Source of the DNA: Candidatus Poribacteria bacterium
GTDB lineage: Bacteria > Poribacteria > WGA-4E > UBA9662
Direction: 5' to 3'
DNA: 33,309 bases
Assembly: GCA_036339735.1 (NCBI GenBank)
Contig: JAYZAL010000075.1
Span: forward strand, 1 to 33,309
Shown here: piece by piece, positions 9,637 to 20,612 of the stretch
How the letters are laid out: each line of letters begins with the position of its first letter
How positions within the stretch are numbered: position 1 is the stretch's first letter
Made by a program: the position numbers and the translations under genes
The notes under the pieces: model-generated
What the model was told of the DNA's origin: nothing
What the model saw: only the letters and a program-made list of their open reading frames with translations
Database searches by the model: none

Positions 9637-10719
9637 TTAACCTTCAAAATTTTCATCAGCCACCAATTCGGCCACCAAATCTCCGACTCCACTAGTCGAG
9701 TATCCCATTCGGCCAGCAGCCTGGCTTTCCATTTTGGTCCCAGTCACTACTTTTATGGCTTCAGTAATTCGGTCGGCAGACGAGCGATAACCACCTTGAT
9801 CTAATAACATTGCCATAGCGGCAATTGCGGCAATTGGATTAATTACATTTTGTCCAGTGTATTTGGGTGCACTACCACCCATGCACTCGAACATACTCGT
9901 ACCATTGGGTTCAGGGTTAATATTTCCACCAGCAGCAACTCCCATTCCCCCTTGGATCATAGCCCCCAAGTCAGTAATGATATCCCCAAACATGTTGGTG
10001 GTAACAATCACGTCGTAATACTCAGGATTTTTGACCATCCACATGCAGCAAGCATCAACATGATTATAGTCTGCTTCAACATCTGGATAATCGTTTGCTA
10101 CGTCTTGAAAAGTCCGCCAAACAAGGTCATGCCCAAACGTCAGTACATTGGTTTTTGCCACTAGCGTCAATCGTTTACCCTTCGGGTTATTCCTTTTCTG
10201 AGTATAATCAAAAGCATAACGAATAATTCGTTCACAACCTTTTCGAGTGTAAATTGCCGTTTGAGTTGCCACTTCGTCCGCTGTTCCCTTACGAAGGAAC
10301 CCACCTACTCCACAGTACATATCTTCGGTGTTTTCTCTGACAACGACAAAGTCGATATCTTCAGGACCTTTTCCTGCCAGAGGGGTTTCCACACCCGGAT
10401 ATAGGGTTACTGGTCTCAGATTCACATACTGATCAAGTTTGAAACGTAATTCTAACAAAAGGCCTTTTTCTAAGATGCCAGGTGCAACCTCAGGGTGTCC
10501 AACTGCACCTAAGTAGATGGAATTGTACTGGCTTAGCTCTTCAACAGCACCATCTGGTAAAATCTCGCCGGTTGACAAATACCTATCACCACCAAAATCA
10601 TAATGAGTTAGATCGTATTCAATTCCATCTCTATTAGCTGCTGCCGACAAAACTTTTAGTGCTTCATCAGTAACTTCAGGTCCAGTACCATCGCCCGGAA
10701 TAACTGCAATTTTGTACAT
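9637..10719 (-). CDS. leuB: 3-isopropylmalate dehydrogenase
   Basis: [55 protein letters not shown]. Confidence 0.88.
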   Translation of the reverse strand: MYKIAVIPGDGTGPEVTDEALKVLSAAANRDGIEYDLTHYDFGGDRYLSTGEILPDGAVEELSQYNSIYLGAVGHPEVAPGILEKGLLLELRFKLDQYVNLRPVTLYPGVETPLAGKGPEDIDFVVVRENTEDMYCGVGGFLRKGTADEVATQTAIYTRKGCERIIRYAFDYTQKRNNPKGKRLTLVAKTNVLTFGHDLVWRTFQDVANDYPDVEADYNHVDACCMWMVKNPEYYDVIVTTNMFGDIITDLGAMIQGGMGVAAGGNINPEPNGTSMFECMGGSAPKYTGQNVINPIAAIAAMAMLLDQGGYRSSADRITEAIKVVTGTKMESQAAGRMGYSTSGVGDLVAELVADENFEG

Positions 10720-10738
10720 TTATAATCTCCTAATTGTT

Positions 10739-11710
10739 TTATAAGATACTTGATTCTCCGTAGACTCCTAGCTTCCGATAACGATCGTATCGTTTTTGTA
10801 CCAATGTGTCTTTGTCAATTTTTACTAACTCAGATAGGTGTTTTTTAATAGATCGCTTAACGTTACGAATAGATTGGGCTGGATTGCGATGTGCGCCGCC
10901 TAGTGGCTCGCGAATGATTTCATCAATAACACCAAGCTCAATCAGATCATCAGCAATTGGTTTATAACCTTCTGTGGCTTCCGGAGCATGTTCTCCATTG
11001 TCTTTCCAAACGATGCCACTACAGGCTTCTGGAGGTGCAACACAATAAACAGCATACTCCATCATTAACACTCGGTCTCCAGCAGCAATAGCTAATGCTC
11101 CTCCACTACCACCTTCACCTATAACGACTACGAGCATCGGTACCGATAAACTTGCCATCTGGGCCAAATTTTCCGCAATTGCTACCGACTGCCCCCTCTC
11201 TTCTGAGCCTCGGTCAAAATGGGCTCCTGGGGTATCGACCAAACTGATGATAGGGCGGTCAAATTTTTCAGCTAATTTCATCAGTCGCCGAGCTTTACGA
11301 TACCCTTCTGGATGCGTGTAGCCAAAGCTCATTTCTTGTCTTTCCTTGAGATTCCTACCCTTTTGTTGGGCGAGATAGACTACCGGTTGATTTTGGAACC
11401 AAGCGCAACCTCCTATCAGGGCTCGATCATCTCCGTGATATTTATCTCCGTGCAACTCCACAGGGTCATCAAATATGGCTTCAATATAAGAGAACGACTG
11501 TGGGCGCTGCTCATGCCGAGCTAATTGAACTTTATCCCATCGGCTCAAACCTTTAAAAATTTTACGAGTCTGAGATTTGACGTTATCTTCCAATGCCATT
11601 AATCCTTTGGAGATATCAATTTCTGGATGAGAATCAGAAAAATTCTTCAACTGCTGGATTTGTTGTTCCAGCTCAATTAACGGCTTTTCAAAATTTAGTT
11701 TGCTTTGCAT
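10739..11710 (-). CDS. accA: Acetyl-CoA carboxylase carboxyltransferase alpha subunit
   Basis: LNFEKPL, VQLARH, ELHGD, PEGYRKARRLM, DTPGA, IGEGGSGGALA, EPLGGAHRN. Confidence 0.96.
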   Translation of the reverse strand: MQSKLNFEKPLIELEQQIQQLKNFSDSHPEIDISKGLMALEDNVKSQTRKIFKGLSRWDKVQLARHEQRPQSFSYIEAIFDDPVELHGDKYHGDDRALIGGCAWFQNQPVVYLAQQKGRNLKERQEMSFGYTHPEGYRKARRLMKLAEKFDRPIISLVDTPGAHFDRGSEERGQSVAIAENLAQMASLSVPMLVVVIGEGGSGGALAIAAGDRVLMMEYAVYCVAPPEACSGIVWKDNGEHAPEATEGYKPIADDLIELGVIDEIIREPLGGAHRNPAQSIRNVKRSIKKHLSELVKIDKDTLVQKRYDRYRKLGVYGESSIL

Positions 11711-11720
11711 ATTTTTCTTT

Positions 11721-12950
11721 TTAGGTACAACTATCCGATTGGCAAAGAAAATTCATACCTGGTAATTGAACTACCAAGCCTTGTAACTCCATCATAGTTA
11801 GTATACCTGCAATAGTATGAACTGGTAGTCCAGTAACGCGAGAAATTTGGTCAATGTGAACTCCTGATTCATCTCCATTATCAATGGCTGACAAAACCAT
11901 TTTTTCTTGTGAAGATAGAGTACGAAGCTTCTTGGAATCTTGCTGACTGGGTTTGGTTATTGCGGTATCTAATCGTTCTGTTTTTGGTTTGGAATTGGTT
12001 GCTGGCGGATCTTCAGTTTTGAATTGATGGGAATCAATCCGTGTGTCTGATGGGTTCTGGCTTGGGCTAACCGAGCAGTTTGGCAACGATTCTAATATTT
12101 CTTCTGCTGACTCTACTAATCTAGCGCCTTGGTCAATGAGGCGATGTGTAGCTAGAGACGTCCTAGAAGATAAATTAGCACCAGCTAAGATAAAGACGTT
12201 TCGCTCTTGTTCCAAACCAAAATGAGCTGTGATTAGGGAGCCACTCCGATCTGTAGACTCCACTAGGATTATGTCTTTCGATAATCCACTAACCAATCGG
12301 TTTCGCTGAACAAAATTCATTGCTTTGGGTTTTGCAGACATAGGAAATTCCGAAATAACGGCACCATTTTCCATAATCTCTGCAATTAAATTTCGGTTTC
12401 CGCACAAATGAACTTGGCTTAATCCACAAGCCATTATGGCTAAAGTTTTTCCTTGGGCGTCTATGGCTCCTCGATGAGCAGTTTCATCGACACCGTTGGT
12501 AGCACCGCTAACAATAGTCATTCCTTTGTTAGCAGATTGGCTAGCTAATTTATAACAAATCTCTTTAGTGCTATCCGTCGGTTCTCGGGTCCCAACAATC
12601 GAAAGATAAGGGGTTGTTTCGGGTGGTATTTCCCCTTTAAAATAAAGAACAGGTGGTGGGTCTGATATATCTTTTAACAAGACGGGATAAGATGAATCAC
12701 TATACGTCACGACTTGGCAGTCATTCTCTTGAATTAACTCAAGTTCTTGATCGACGGATATCTTTCCTTTTTCGTACACGATACGGCGGAGTAAATTCGG
12801 ATCGGCCGACAATTTTCCTGAGTCGATGTCATCTAAGGTTAAAGACAAGATCTTATCGGCTGACTCGAATTCTTGTAGTAGCTGTTGGATGGTCCTAGGG
12901 CTAATACTTGGAACTAAACTGAGGTGGATTAATGATTTGTCGACCGACAT
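11721..12950 (-). CDS. dprA: DNA-processing protein DprA
   Basis: YPVLLKDISDPPPVLYFKG, IVGTR, IVSG..GVD..AHRGA, SEFP..RNRLVSGLS, C-terminal winged helix (LTMMELQGLVVQLPG). Confidence 0.93.
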   Translation of the reverse strand: MSVDKSLIHLSLVPSISPRTIQQLLQEFESADKILSLTLDDIDSGKLSADPNLLRRIVYEKGKISVDQELELIQENDCQVVTYSDSSYPVLLKDISDPPPVLYFKGEIPPETTPYLSIVGTREPTDSTKEICYKLASQSANKGMTIVSGATNGVDETAHRGAIDAQGKTLAIMACGLSQVHLCGNRNLIAEIMENGAVISEFPMSAKPKAMNFVQRNRLVSGLSKDIILVESTDRSGSLITAHFGLEQERNVFILAGANLSSRTSLATHRLIDQGARLVESAEEILESLPNCSVSPSQNPSDTRIDSHQFKTEDPPATNSKPKTERLDTAITKPSQQDSKKLRTLSSQEKMVLSAIDNGDESGVHIDQISRVTGLPVHTIAGILTMMELQGLVVQLPGMNFLCQSDSCT

Positions 12951-13004
12951 TTCTAAATATCCACCACCAATTTATTCCAAACCCAAAGCAAAAATTAATT
13001 TATT

Positions 13005-13616
13005 CTACTCAGTCGGAGCTGGAGCTTCCATTGGTAGAGCATAATAAACTTCGATTTCGCGAATCTTTTTATAACTAAGACTAGGAGCACCACCCTCACC
13101 CACAGTTCTTCGTTTTTGTCCACCAACACGGCGAGAATCCCACCGGTTAGGTACTCGGATTTGCAGGTGTGTAGTAGTAATTGGTTTAGGACTAACATAA
13201 CTGTAAGCCTTAGAAATATTATTTTTGACCTCTTTCAAAAGCTCCCAATTTCCTTCGTCATCTTGGTAGTAAATATTGAAAAATTCCAATTCGTACTGAT
13301 CAGTTTTGACTACAACCCGTTGAATAGTTTGAGGTTTGACCCAACGCAAAGTAGCCTGCGAAAATTTATCTGCCGCTTCTAGTGAAGCTTGATCACGCGC
13401 ATCAAGTAGCAGCGGTCCAGTTTCACCATAAGTATTGATATTGTCATCATGCATAGGAGAATCGAGGCTTTCGCTACCAGCCCGACCACTGCTTGCACTG
13501 AGAGCAATATTTTCACTCCAGTTGTACTTTGGACCACTTAACACGCAGCCTGTGCTAAGACAGACTAAGACAGATAAAACGAAAATAACGGCAACTTCCC
13601 AATTACGCTGATGCAT
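13005..13616 (-). CDS. Hypothetical lipoprotein with discoidin/galactose-binding-like beta-sandwich
   Basis: Hydrophobic signal ending LSTGC (lipobox-like). NIAL... and IREIEVY motifs bracket a domain as in F5/8-type folds. AAGGAGA SD. Confidence 0.6.
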   Translation of the reverse strand: MHQRNWEVAVIFVLSVLVCLSTGCVLSGPKYNWSENIALSASSGRAGSESLDSPMHDDNINTYGETGPLLLDARDQASLEAADKFSQATLRWVKPQTIQRVVVKTDQYELEFFNIYYQDDEGNWELLKEVKNNISKAYSYVSPKPITTTHLQIRVPNRWDSRRVGGQKRRTVGEGGAPSLSYKKIREIEVYYALPMEAPAPTE

Positions 13617-13656
13617 ATTTTCTCCTTTATACTAAAAAACGATAGATACTAGAACG

Positions 13657-15093
13657 TTAATTACTGATAGACCAATTTGTGCCGGATTTAGAATCATTTA
13701 ATTCTATACCAATTTGAGTTAGCTGATCTCGAATTTGGTCTGCTGTAGCCCAGTCTTTTTGCTGTCGAGCAGATTGACGTAGTTCTAAAACTAGATTCAT
13801 TAGGCCCTCTACTAACGAATCGTTATTGGTTAACGATTGTTGTGGATTATAAATCCCTAACACTTGGCAAATTTTAGCCAAGGTACGGTAAGCCTGACCA
13901 AACCCAATCTCATTCGTATTTTGGCTTTCTAATGAACTTGCCTCTTGTAATCTACGATTTAGATAACCAACGAATGTATAAACAGAACCCATAGCCGACG
14001 CCGTATTGAAATCGTTATCCATGGCTTGCTCAAATTTGATTTCCATCTGGCTAATAGCATTCGTCATATTAGAGTCAATCGATTGATTCTCGTCTAGACT
14101 TAATTCAAATGGCCGGATTCGATCAAGGCACGTTTGAAGTCGCCGAATAGCACTCGCTGATTCAGACAAACTTTTGCTGTTGTAATCTAAGGGATGACGA
14201 TAATGCGCAGACAGCAGAAAGTGACGGACAGTTTCCGCGTTATACTCGGACAATGCGTCCCGAATAAAGATAAAATTACCTTCTGATTTTCCCATTCGGT
14301 TGCCATCAATCCGTAAAAATGCGGTATGGACCCAGTAATTGGCGAATGGTTTACCTGTTATGGCTTCACTCTGAGCAATCTCATTTTCGTGGTGTGGGAA
14401 TAGCAAGTCTTGACCACCAGCATGAATATCAATAGTATGACCTAAGTGCTTCATAACCATCGCTGAGCACTCAATATGCCACCCAGGTCGACCTTCTCCC
14501 CAAGGGCTTTCCCACCAAGGTTCACCGGGTTTGGCTGCTTTCCAAAGGTCAAAATCGCGTGGGTCTTCCTTTTTTTCGTTAGTCTCGACCCGTGCTCCAG
14601 TCAGTAAATCTTCTAGATTTCGGTTAGATAATTTGCCATAACCATCAAAGCGAGTAACTCGATAATAAACATCACCCTGACTTTCATAAGCATATCCTTT
14701 GTCAATGAGACTTTGTATCAGGTCAATAATTTCTGTTATGTGATCGGTAGCACAGGGGTGTACATTGGCCATGCGCATTCCGAGCCCTTCGGCATCTATA
14801 AAATAAGCGTCAATATACTTCTGCGAAAGTTCGGATGATTCGATGCCTTGCTCATTGGCTTTCCGAATAATTTTATCATCAATATCTGTTAAATTTTGAA
14901 CAAATTGGACTTGGTAACCTTTGTACTCTAGGTAACGCCGAATAATGTCAGAAACCAAAAAGGTGCGAGCATTACCTATATGAAAATAGTCATAGACAGT
15001 TGGGCCACAACTATACATGGTGACCTTTCCTTCCTCAAGGGGTACAAAATCTTCCAGTTTCCGCGTCAGCGAATTATAAATCTGTATTGGCAT
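13657..15093 (-). CDS. cysS: Cysteine--tRNA ligase
   Basis: YSCGPTVY..HIGNAR, PGWHIECSAM, HAGGQDLLFPHHENE, RMGKSEGN (KMSKS variant), ADQIRDQL. Confidence 0.98.
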   Translation of the reverse strand: MPIQIYNSLTRKLEDFVPLEEGKVTMYSCGPTVYDYFHIGNARTFLVSDIIRRYLEYKGYQVQFVQNLTDIDDKIIRKANEQGIESSELSQKYIDAYFIDAEGLGMRMANVHPCATDHITEIIDLIQSLIDKGYAYESQGDVYYRVTRFDGYGKLSNRNLEDLLTGARVETNEKKEDPRDFDLWKAAKPGEPWWESPWGEGRPGWHIECSAMVMKHLGHTIDIHAGGQDLLFPHHENEIAQSEAITGKPFANYWVHTAFLRIDGNRMGKSEGNFIFIRDALSEYNAETVRHFLLSAHYRHPLDYNSKSLSESASAIRRLQTCLDRIRPFELSLDENQSIDSNMTNAISQMEIKFEQAMDNDFNTASAMGSVYTFVGYLNRRLQEASSLESQNTNEIGFGQAYRTLAKICQVLGIYNPQQSLTNNDSLVEGLMNLVLELRQSARQQKDWATADQIRDQLTQIGIELNDSKSGTNWSISN

Positions 15094-15159
15094 AAATCGA
15101 TTGTTAAAATTCCTTAACTTTTTGCTTATTTAATAACTAGTAACCTACCCAGTATGACA

Positions 15160-16404
15160 CTACTTCGATGTTGGTGAGGAAATTAAACAACAAACCGATT
15201 GAGCGGCGATGGCTTGAGACTGCCCAATGTCTCCCAAACCCTCGGCCGTAGTCGCTTTGATATTGATCTGGGACATGTCTATACCAATTACCTTGGCTAA
15301 ATTTTGTCGCATACGAGGGATATAAGTCGCTAACTTCGGTCTTTGGCAGATCACCGTAGCGTCAATATTCTCTACTGCGAAACGACCTTGATTCAAAATA
15401 AGCTCACACACACGTTCAAGTAATACTAGGCTATCAATACCTTCATATTGTGGGTCATTATCTGGGAAATGCTGACCTATATCTCCTAGGGCTGCAGCTC
15501 CTAACATAGAATCACAAATCGCATGAGTCAAAACATCAGCGTCGGAGTGACCCAATAAACCGAGGTCAAATGGTATCTCGACTCCGCCTAAAATTAATTT
15601 CCTATCCCTCACCAATCGGTGTAAATCATAGCCAATGCCGATTCTGTGTGCAAGTTTTCTGTTTTGATATATTGGGTCTTGTTCCATGTTGGAATTGGAT
15701 AAGAAAGTCTGTGCAACCTCTAAATCTTCAGGGGTCGTAATCTTCAGGTTTCGGTAATCTCCTTCTATTAACTTGACGGGTGTTCCATTCTGTTCAACGA
15801 GTGTAGAATCGTCTGTAGCCGATTCTACGTTGTCGAGAGCAGAGTAGTGAGCATCTATCAGTAACTTTTTGTTGAATACTTGTGGCGTTTGAACGGCCCA
15901 CAACGATTGGCGTTCCGGTGTTTGAACAACGAATCGGTCTTTATCCACAATTTTTATCGTATCTTTGACAGGAACGGCCAAGGCTACAGCTTGAAAAGTT
16001 TTGCACTGACTTAAGCAATTCTCGATTTGAGTCCCAGTCACAAAAGGTCTGACTGCATCATGAACAACGACCCAATCTACATCCTTGTCCATTGCCTGTA
16101 GTCCACAAAAAACAGACTTCTGTCTAGTCGATCCGCCAGCTACTACCTGAATTGGTGTTTTAAACTGATAAGGGGTGATAGCCTCCGACCAGCACTTTTC
16201 TACATCCTCTGAACTAACGATAACGATGATTTGTCCGATGGACTGAAGGCGATCAAAAACTGAAAGGGTGCGACTTAAAACAGGATGATCGCCCAACGAA
16301 ATATAGGTTTTCTTGACTGAGCTAAGCTCGGCCATACGGCTTCCGCTTCCAGCGGCTGGAATTAGGGCGCATACCTTCTGGCCGTTGCTTGCTAGATCTT
16401 TCAT
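15160..16404 (-). CDS. ispDF: Bifunctional IspD/IspF (MEP cytidylyltransferase / MEcPP synthase)
   Basis: Isp[41 protein letters not shown]. Isp[34 protein letters not shown]. Start moved to ATG 16404 (MKDLAS), the last start before the AAG motif. Confidence 0.93.
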   Translation of the reverse strand: MKDLASNGQKVCALIPAAGSGSRMAELSSVKKTYISLGDHPVLSRTLSVFDRLQSIGQIIVIVSSEDVEKCWSEAITPYQFKTPIQVVAGGSTRQKSVFCGLQAMDKDVDWVVVHDAVRPFVTGTQIENCLSQCKTFQAVALAVPVKDTIKIVDKDRFVVQTPERQSLWAVQTPQVFNKKLLIDAHYSALDNVESATDDSTLVEQNGTPVKLIEGDYRNLKITTPEDLEVAQTFLSNSNMEQDPIYQNRKLAHRIGIGYDLHRLVRDRKLILGGVEIPFDLGLLGHSDADVLTHAICDSMLGAAALGDIGQHFPDNDPQYEGIDSLVLLERVCELILNQGRFAVENIDATVICQRPKLATYIPRMRQNLAKVIGIDMSQINIKATTAEGLGDIGQSQAIAAQSVCCLISSPTSK

Positions 16405-17422
16405 AGATATCGAAGTAGTGGTTGTTTTCATCGAATTCTTCTTCATACCCTACCATTCGAGTAAATATCATCCGTCCGGCACTAGTTTGTAAAGTTTGCG
16501 TGACAATGGCTTCGACCGTCTGACTGACGGATTCTTGTGCACCTTCTACAACCACCATCGTCCCATCTGCCAAATAGCCAACCCCTTGATTTGGTTCTTT
16601 GCCTTCGCGTGTAATACGAATTTCTATCTGCTCACCAGCAATGAAATCAGGCCGAACTGAGTTAGCTAATTCATTAATATTCAAAACCACGATGCCCTGA
16701 AGTTCTGCTACTTTATTCAGGTTAAAGTCGTTGGTCAAAATCTGGGCATTACGTTTCCGAGCCAGTCGGATTAACTTAGCATCAACCTCTGGAACCTCAG
16801 GAAAATCATCTTCCGAAATTTCGATTTCAATATCTGGATCACTTTGCAGGTTACGTAAAATATCAAAACCACGTCTCCCTTTTTCGCGGCGCAGGTCATC
16901 AGTCGAATCGGCAATATGCTGCAGTTCATTTAGTACAAATCGGGGTATGATTAACAAACCATCAATGAAACCAGTGTGGCAAATTTCTAAAACGCGACCA
17001 TCGATAATAATGCTAGTGTCCAGAACACGTAGTTGGCGATGGACTGTTTCGGCGAGGCCTCCATCGGCGTCAGTTATTGGAATAAACATCGATAACTGAC
17101 GCCGACTGTGATAACCAATCATGGTACCGCAGGACGCAAACAGTAAAGTGATGCCAGAAACAGCGTTACGAGTCAACTCACCCGGTTCAGGCCTAAGAGT
17201 ATAGATAATAAAAGTCGCAATACCCGCAAGAATGAGACCTAATGAAAATCCAACCAAAGCCGAGAATAAATCTGACAAATGTGACCTGTTACTCAGGGTT
17301 TCAGATGCGACTAAAACAGCGGTAACGCTAGCGCCAGCCACACCACCAAAACCGTCAGCAAGCGCAAAGCCAAACAATCCACTTACCAATATGAAACTAA
17401 GGCGAATTAACCAAATGATCAT
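16322..17422 (-). CDS. Membrane-anchored PIN/TRAM domain protein (YacL family)
   Basis: N-terminal TM helices, [10 protein letters not shown] (PIN), [30 protein letters not shown] and QTSAGRMIF (TRAM). Sits between radA and ispD as in Firmicutes. Confidence 0.92.
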   Translation of the reverse strand: MIIWLIRLSFILVSGLFGFALADGFGGVAGASVTAVLVASETLSNRSHLSDLFSALVGFSLGLILAGIATFIIYTLRPEPGELTRNAVSGITLLFASCGTMIGYHSRRQLSMFIPITDADGGLAETVHRQLRVLDTSIIIDGRVLEICHTGFIDGLLIIPRFVLNELQHIADSTDDLRREKGRRGFDILRNLQSDPDIEIEISEDDFPEVPEVDAKLIRLARKRNAQILTNDFNLNKVAELQGIVVLNINELANSVRPDFIAGEQIEIRITREGKEPNQGVGYLADGTMVVVEGAQESVSQTVEAIVTQTLQTSAGRMIFTRMVGYEEEFDENNHYFDIYERSSKQRPEGMRPNSSRWKRKPYGRA

Positions 17423-17574
17423 AACGTCCCCTTTCTTCTGGGTGGGGAATATGCAATAGCAGTGAACACAAACTTAAAACGTGTCCACACGCCGATTTGA
17501 CGCGTCACAACTTTCTGCTGAACGAGGAACATCACCCTCCCACAATAAGATGATGTTTTTAGCTCGAAATCGGC
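17423..17574 (-). promoter_or_regulatory. Putative structured cis-regulatory leader upstream of the PIN/TRAM gene
   Basis: Minus-strand stems: GCCGATTT/AAATCGGC closing a multi-stem junction, an 11-bp AACATCATCTT/AGGGTGATGTT stem with 2 G-U, a GTGGACACG/TGTGTTCAC hairpin, and TCCCC pairing with the GGGGA SD. Confidence 0.5.
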
Positions 17575-17580
17575 AATAAT

Positions 17581-18957
17581 TTACAACAATGCGCTAATGG
17601 CACTGTATAGGTCAGTTACGCCAACAAGTTCTATTTCCTCCCTCGCTTGTTTATCTGTGTCTTCCAAGTAGTTATTTAAGTTATATTCTGGAAACACTGC
17701 TCGGTTAAATCCTAGCTTATCTGCTTCTCGGAGTCGTCTACTAATGTGTGTTACAGGTCGAACCTCACCACCTAATCCTACTTCGCCCATGACAACTGTC
17801 TTAGTTGAGATTGGAATGTCACGATGATTAGAGGCAATAGCCATAATAATCCCCAAGTCCACACCCCGTTCATCAACCCGCATACCACCAGTCACATTCA
17901 CGAAAACATCAGAGTTTCCAATCTCGAAGCCAACACGCTTCTGTAAAACAGCAACTAATAAGGCAATACGTTGACGGTCAACGCCTGTTGCTGTGTTGCG
18001 AGGAATACTGAAATTTGATGGTGCAACTAATGCCTGAAGTTCAAATAAAATCGGTCGAGTACCCTCCATACTGGATACAACCACAGAACCTGATATGTTT
18101 TCAATTCGGTTACTAATGAACAACTCAGATGGATTTAGAACTTCGCTTAACCCACTAGCCGACATTTCAAAAACCCCAATTTCGTTGGTCGAACCAAATC
18201 GGTTTTTTACAGCTCTTAACACTCGATACACATGATGGTTCTCCCCTTCAAAATAGAGGACCGTATCCACCATATGTTCGAGAACTTTTGGTCCAGCTAG
18301 AGCACCTTCTTTGGTGACATGACCAACTAAAATGACAGGAACATTCTTTGTCTTAGCCAACACAAGCAGATGACCGGCGCTTTCACGAACTTGGGTTACG
18401 CTACCCGGTGCTGATTGTAGATGTGGTTGAAAAATAGTCTGAATAGAATCAACTACTACTACACTCGGGTTAAGAGAGGCAATATGAGATTCGATTTGTT
18501 CAAGGCTGTTCTCGCAGAGAACATACAACGAATCCGAATCGATGTCAAGTCTATTAGCGCGCAACTTGGTTTGTGAAACTGATTCTTCCCCTGATACATA
18601 CAATACCGTTCCGTGCTGGAGGCTAAGCTCATTACTGGCTTGCAATAAAAGTGTTGATTTGCCAATACCTGGGTCCCCAGCAATCAATGTCACAGACCCA
18701 GGAACAATTCCACCACCCAGAACTCTGTCAAATTCACTAATCCTCGTGCTGAGTCTTTGATAGTCGGTTGCGGTAATGTCAGTGATTAGTTCTGGCTGAC
18801 TAGCAGCAAAAGTTAAGTGTTGTTTTTCTTTTTTGGAAGTGACGGTTTCTTCTACTAAACTATCCCACTTGTTACAATCCGGACAACGACCCAACCAACG
18901 CAATGACACATGACCACAGGAATGACAGATAAATTGCGTCTTTTTTGCTTTTCCCAT
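17581..18957 (-). CDS. radA: DNA repair protein RadA/Sms
   Basis: C4 zinc finger (CHSCG..WLGRCPDC), GDPGIGKST, KNRFG, Lon-like C-terminus. Start set at ATG 18957 (MGKAKK). Confidence 0.97.
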   Translation of the reverse strand: MGKAKKTQFICHSCGHVSLRWLGRCPDCNKWDSLVEETVTSKKEKQHLTFAASQPELITDITATDYQRLSTRISEFDRVLGGGIVPGSVTLIAGDPGIGKSTLLLQASNELSLQHGTVLYVSGEESVSQTKLRANRLDIDSDSLYVLCENSLEQIESHIASLNPSVVVVDSIQTIFQPHLQSAPGSVTQVRESAGHLLVLAKTKNVPVILVGHVTKEGALAGPKVLEHMVDTVLYFEGENHHVYRVLRAVKNRFGSTNEIGVFEMSASGLSEVLNPSELFISNRIENISGSVVVSSMEGTRPILFELQALVAPSNFSIPRNTATGVDRQRIALLVAVLQKRVGFEIGNSDVFVNVTGGMRVDERGVDLGIIMAIASNHRDIPISTKTVVMGEVGLGGEVRPVTHISRRLREADKLGFNRAVFPEYNLNNYLEDTDKQAREEIELVGVTDLYSAISALL

Positions 18958-18977
18958 TTCTACACGAGCTATTACTA

Positions 18978-20594
18978 TTACCAACTGCTATCGGCGAGCC
19001 GAAGACCAAGGGTTAGTTGAGGCTTTTTCCACCCGTTTCTATCAGCAAAATCATCGAGACCGATTAACCAGTGAAAAGATGTTGAATCTGTCAACCTCAA
19101 TTTCCAGTATAGTTCTGCTGTGAGAGTTGAGCTCTTAGCTGAATTTGCCAAAAAGTTTTTCGAGTTAAGACTACTCATCAACAAAGAAAAACCAATCCTA
19201 TTATCAAACAACATAAAATCAGTCGCTATTCGGGGACTCATCCGGTTAAGACCAATTCGGCTCCTCATAAATGGTAATATTTTGTAGCTGTATTGAAGAG
19301 ATAATCGAGTTGTATTTGTGTTCCAACTGTGGCCGGAAAAACCAAATTGCAGTAATTGTTTTTTGTCAGGAGACCAACCGAGTAGAAATTCGCTTTGTAA
19401 CTGGTCATCTAAGGTAAGATAACGCACTTCGGAATGCCAATTAATCGGAGGTAACTGAAAAGCGGCTGATTTTGCTTGCCAGTCTTGAGCTAAAGCGGCC
19501 GTACTTTCAAGAGTCTGACCTAGATGACCTAAGTTCTCTTTGACTTCTTCAATCAAGTCTGGTTCGTGAATTAGCTGAGCAAAAGTTCCGTTTCCACTAC
19601 TAGCATGATTAACCAATTTTGCTAAATCCTCACCTAGCCGACCAAATTTTTTACTGGTTTCAGTGATTTCAGTAATAGCCTGGTCTATTTTAGGTAATTC
19701 TGTTTCGATGGACTCTCGGCTCATAATCGCTAAACCTAAAATTTCATTCTGTAATTTATTGATTGTCTCCTCAATCCTTTGGTTTAGAGGTTTTAGATCC
19801 ATGGCAAGACTCTGAAATGAGTTTAATGTATTGGTAACAGCGGGCTGGTTTTGATAGATTAGATCGTCCACTGATTCGGTAATGGCAGTTGTATTTTCTG
19901 CAACCTGCAGAAGTGCGGACGAAACCTGATCGATAGTAGTATTCAGGTTATCTAATGTAATTTGGATATTGTGTTGTGCATCGTTAGCAGATTGATTCAG
20001 AACAGATAAAGTCTGTTCTAATTGTTTCTGACTATGTACAACAGTCTCACTAATTTGGCGGACCATTTGACTGAGGTCAGTAATAAGCGTTTTTACTTGG
20101 TGTTGGTTGTCATCGATTAGCGCTTTAGATGACTCAATTAAACCGGCCACCTCAACCACCATATCTGTTCCACTTTGAATGACATCAGCTACAGAAGCTG
20201 GATCGATGCCAGTCAGCGGGAAATCTTTAGTTTCTATCAAAGGTTCAGTATCTGGTCCATTTTCAATGTCGACGAATGCTTCTCCTACAAATCCTATAAT
20301 GCCAATTTCGATACGGCTTCCACGACGTAGTCGCTGAAGAGCTTTATCAACTCGTAAATCAACCTCAACTTTACTAGCATCGTCTAGTAAACGGATACTA
20401 GTCACACGACCAATCTGTACCCCAGATAGCATAACACCCGCACCGACCTTTAGGTCATTAACAAAATTAAAATGTACTGTAACAAAATCACCACGCCTTT
20501 CAAATGGAGAATCGGTAGCAGAAATCAATAAGATTACCAGTATCATAATACTAATAAAAACAGTAATCCCAACTTTAAGATTTAGGCTCCACAT
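18978..20594 (-). CDS. mlaD: MCE/MlaD-family protein with long helical region and C-terminal beta-rich domain
   Basis: N-terminal TM, MCE motif (DLKVGAGVMLSGVQIGRV...GFVGEAFVDI), helical repeat region, GNGTFAQLI motif. Adjacent to mlaE/mlaF. Confidence 0.85.
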   Translation of the reverse strand: MWSLNLKVGITVFISIMILVILLISATDSPFERRGDFVTVHFNFVNDLKVGAGVMLSGVQIGRVTSIRLLDDASKVEVDLRVDKALQRLRRGSRIEIGIIGFVGEAFVDIENGPDTEPLIETKDFPLTGIDPASVADVIQSGTDMVVEVAGLIESSKALIDDNQHQVKTLITDLSQMVRQISETVVHSQKQLEQTLSVLNQSANDAQHNIQITLDNLNTTIDQVSSALLQVAENTTAITESVDDLIYQNQPAVTNTLNSFQSLAMDLKPLNQRIEETINKLQNEILGLAIMSRESIETELPKIDQAITEITETSKKFGRLGEDLAKLVNHASSGNGTFAQLIHEPDLIEEVKENLGHLGQTLESTAALAQDWQAKSAAFQLPPINWHSEVRYLTLDDQLQSEFLLGWSPDKKQLLQFGFSGHSWNTNTTRLSLQYSYKILPFMRSRIGLNRMSPRIATDFMLFDNRIGFSLLMSSLNSKNFLANSAKSSTLTAELYWKLRLTDSTSFHWLIGLDDFADRNGWKKPQLTLGLRLADSSW

Positions 20595-20612
20595 AATTAA
20601 TATTCCCTGCTT

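Noticed and set aside
15941-15949. Perfect DnaA box TTATCCACA
   Set aside because: Single copy inside the ispDF coding sequence; likely chance.
17423-17580. T-box riboswitch for cysS
   Set aside because: No T-box antiterminator consensus (GGTGGNACC) or terminator U-tract on the coding strand.
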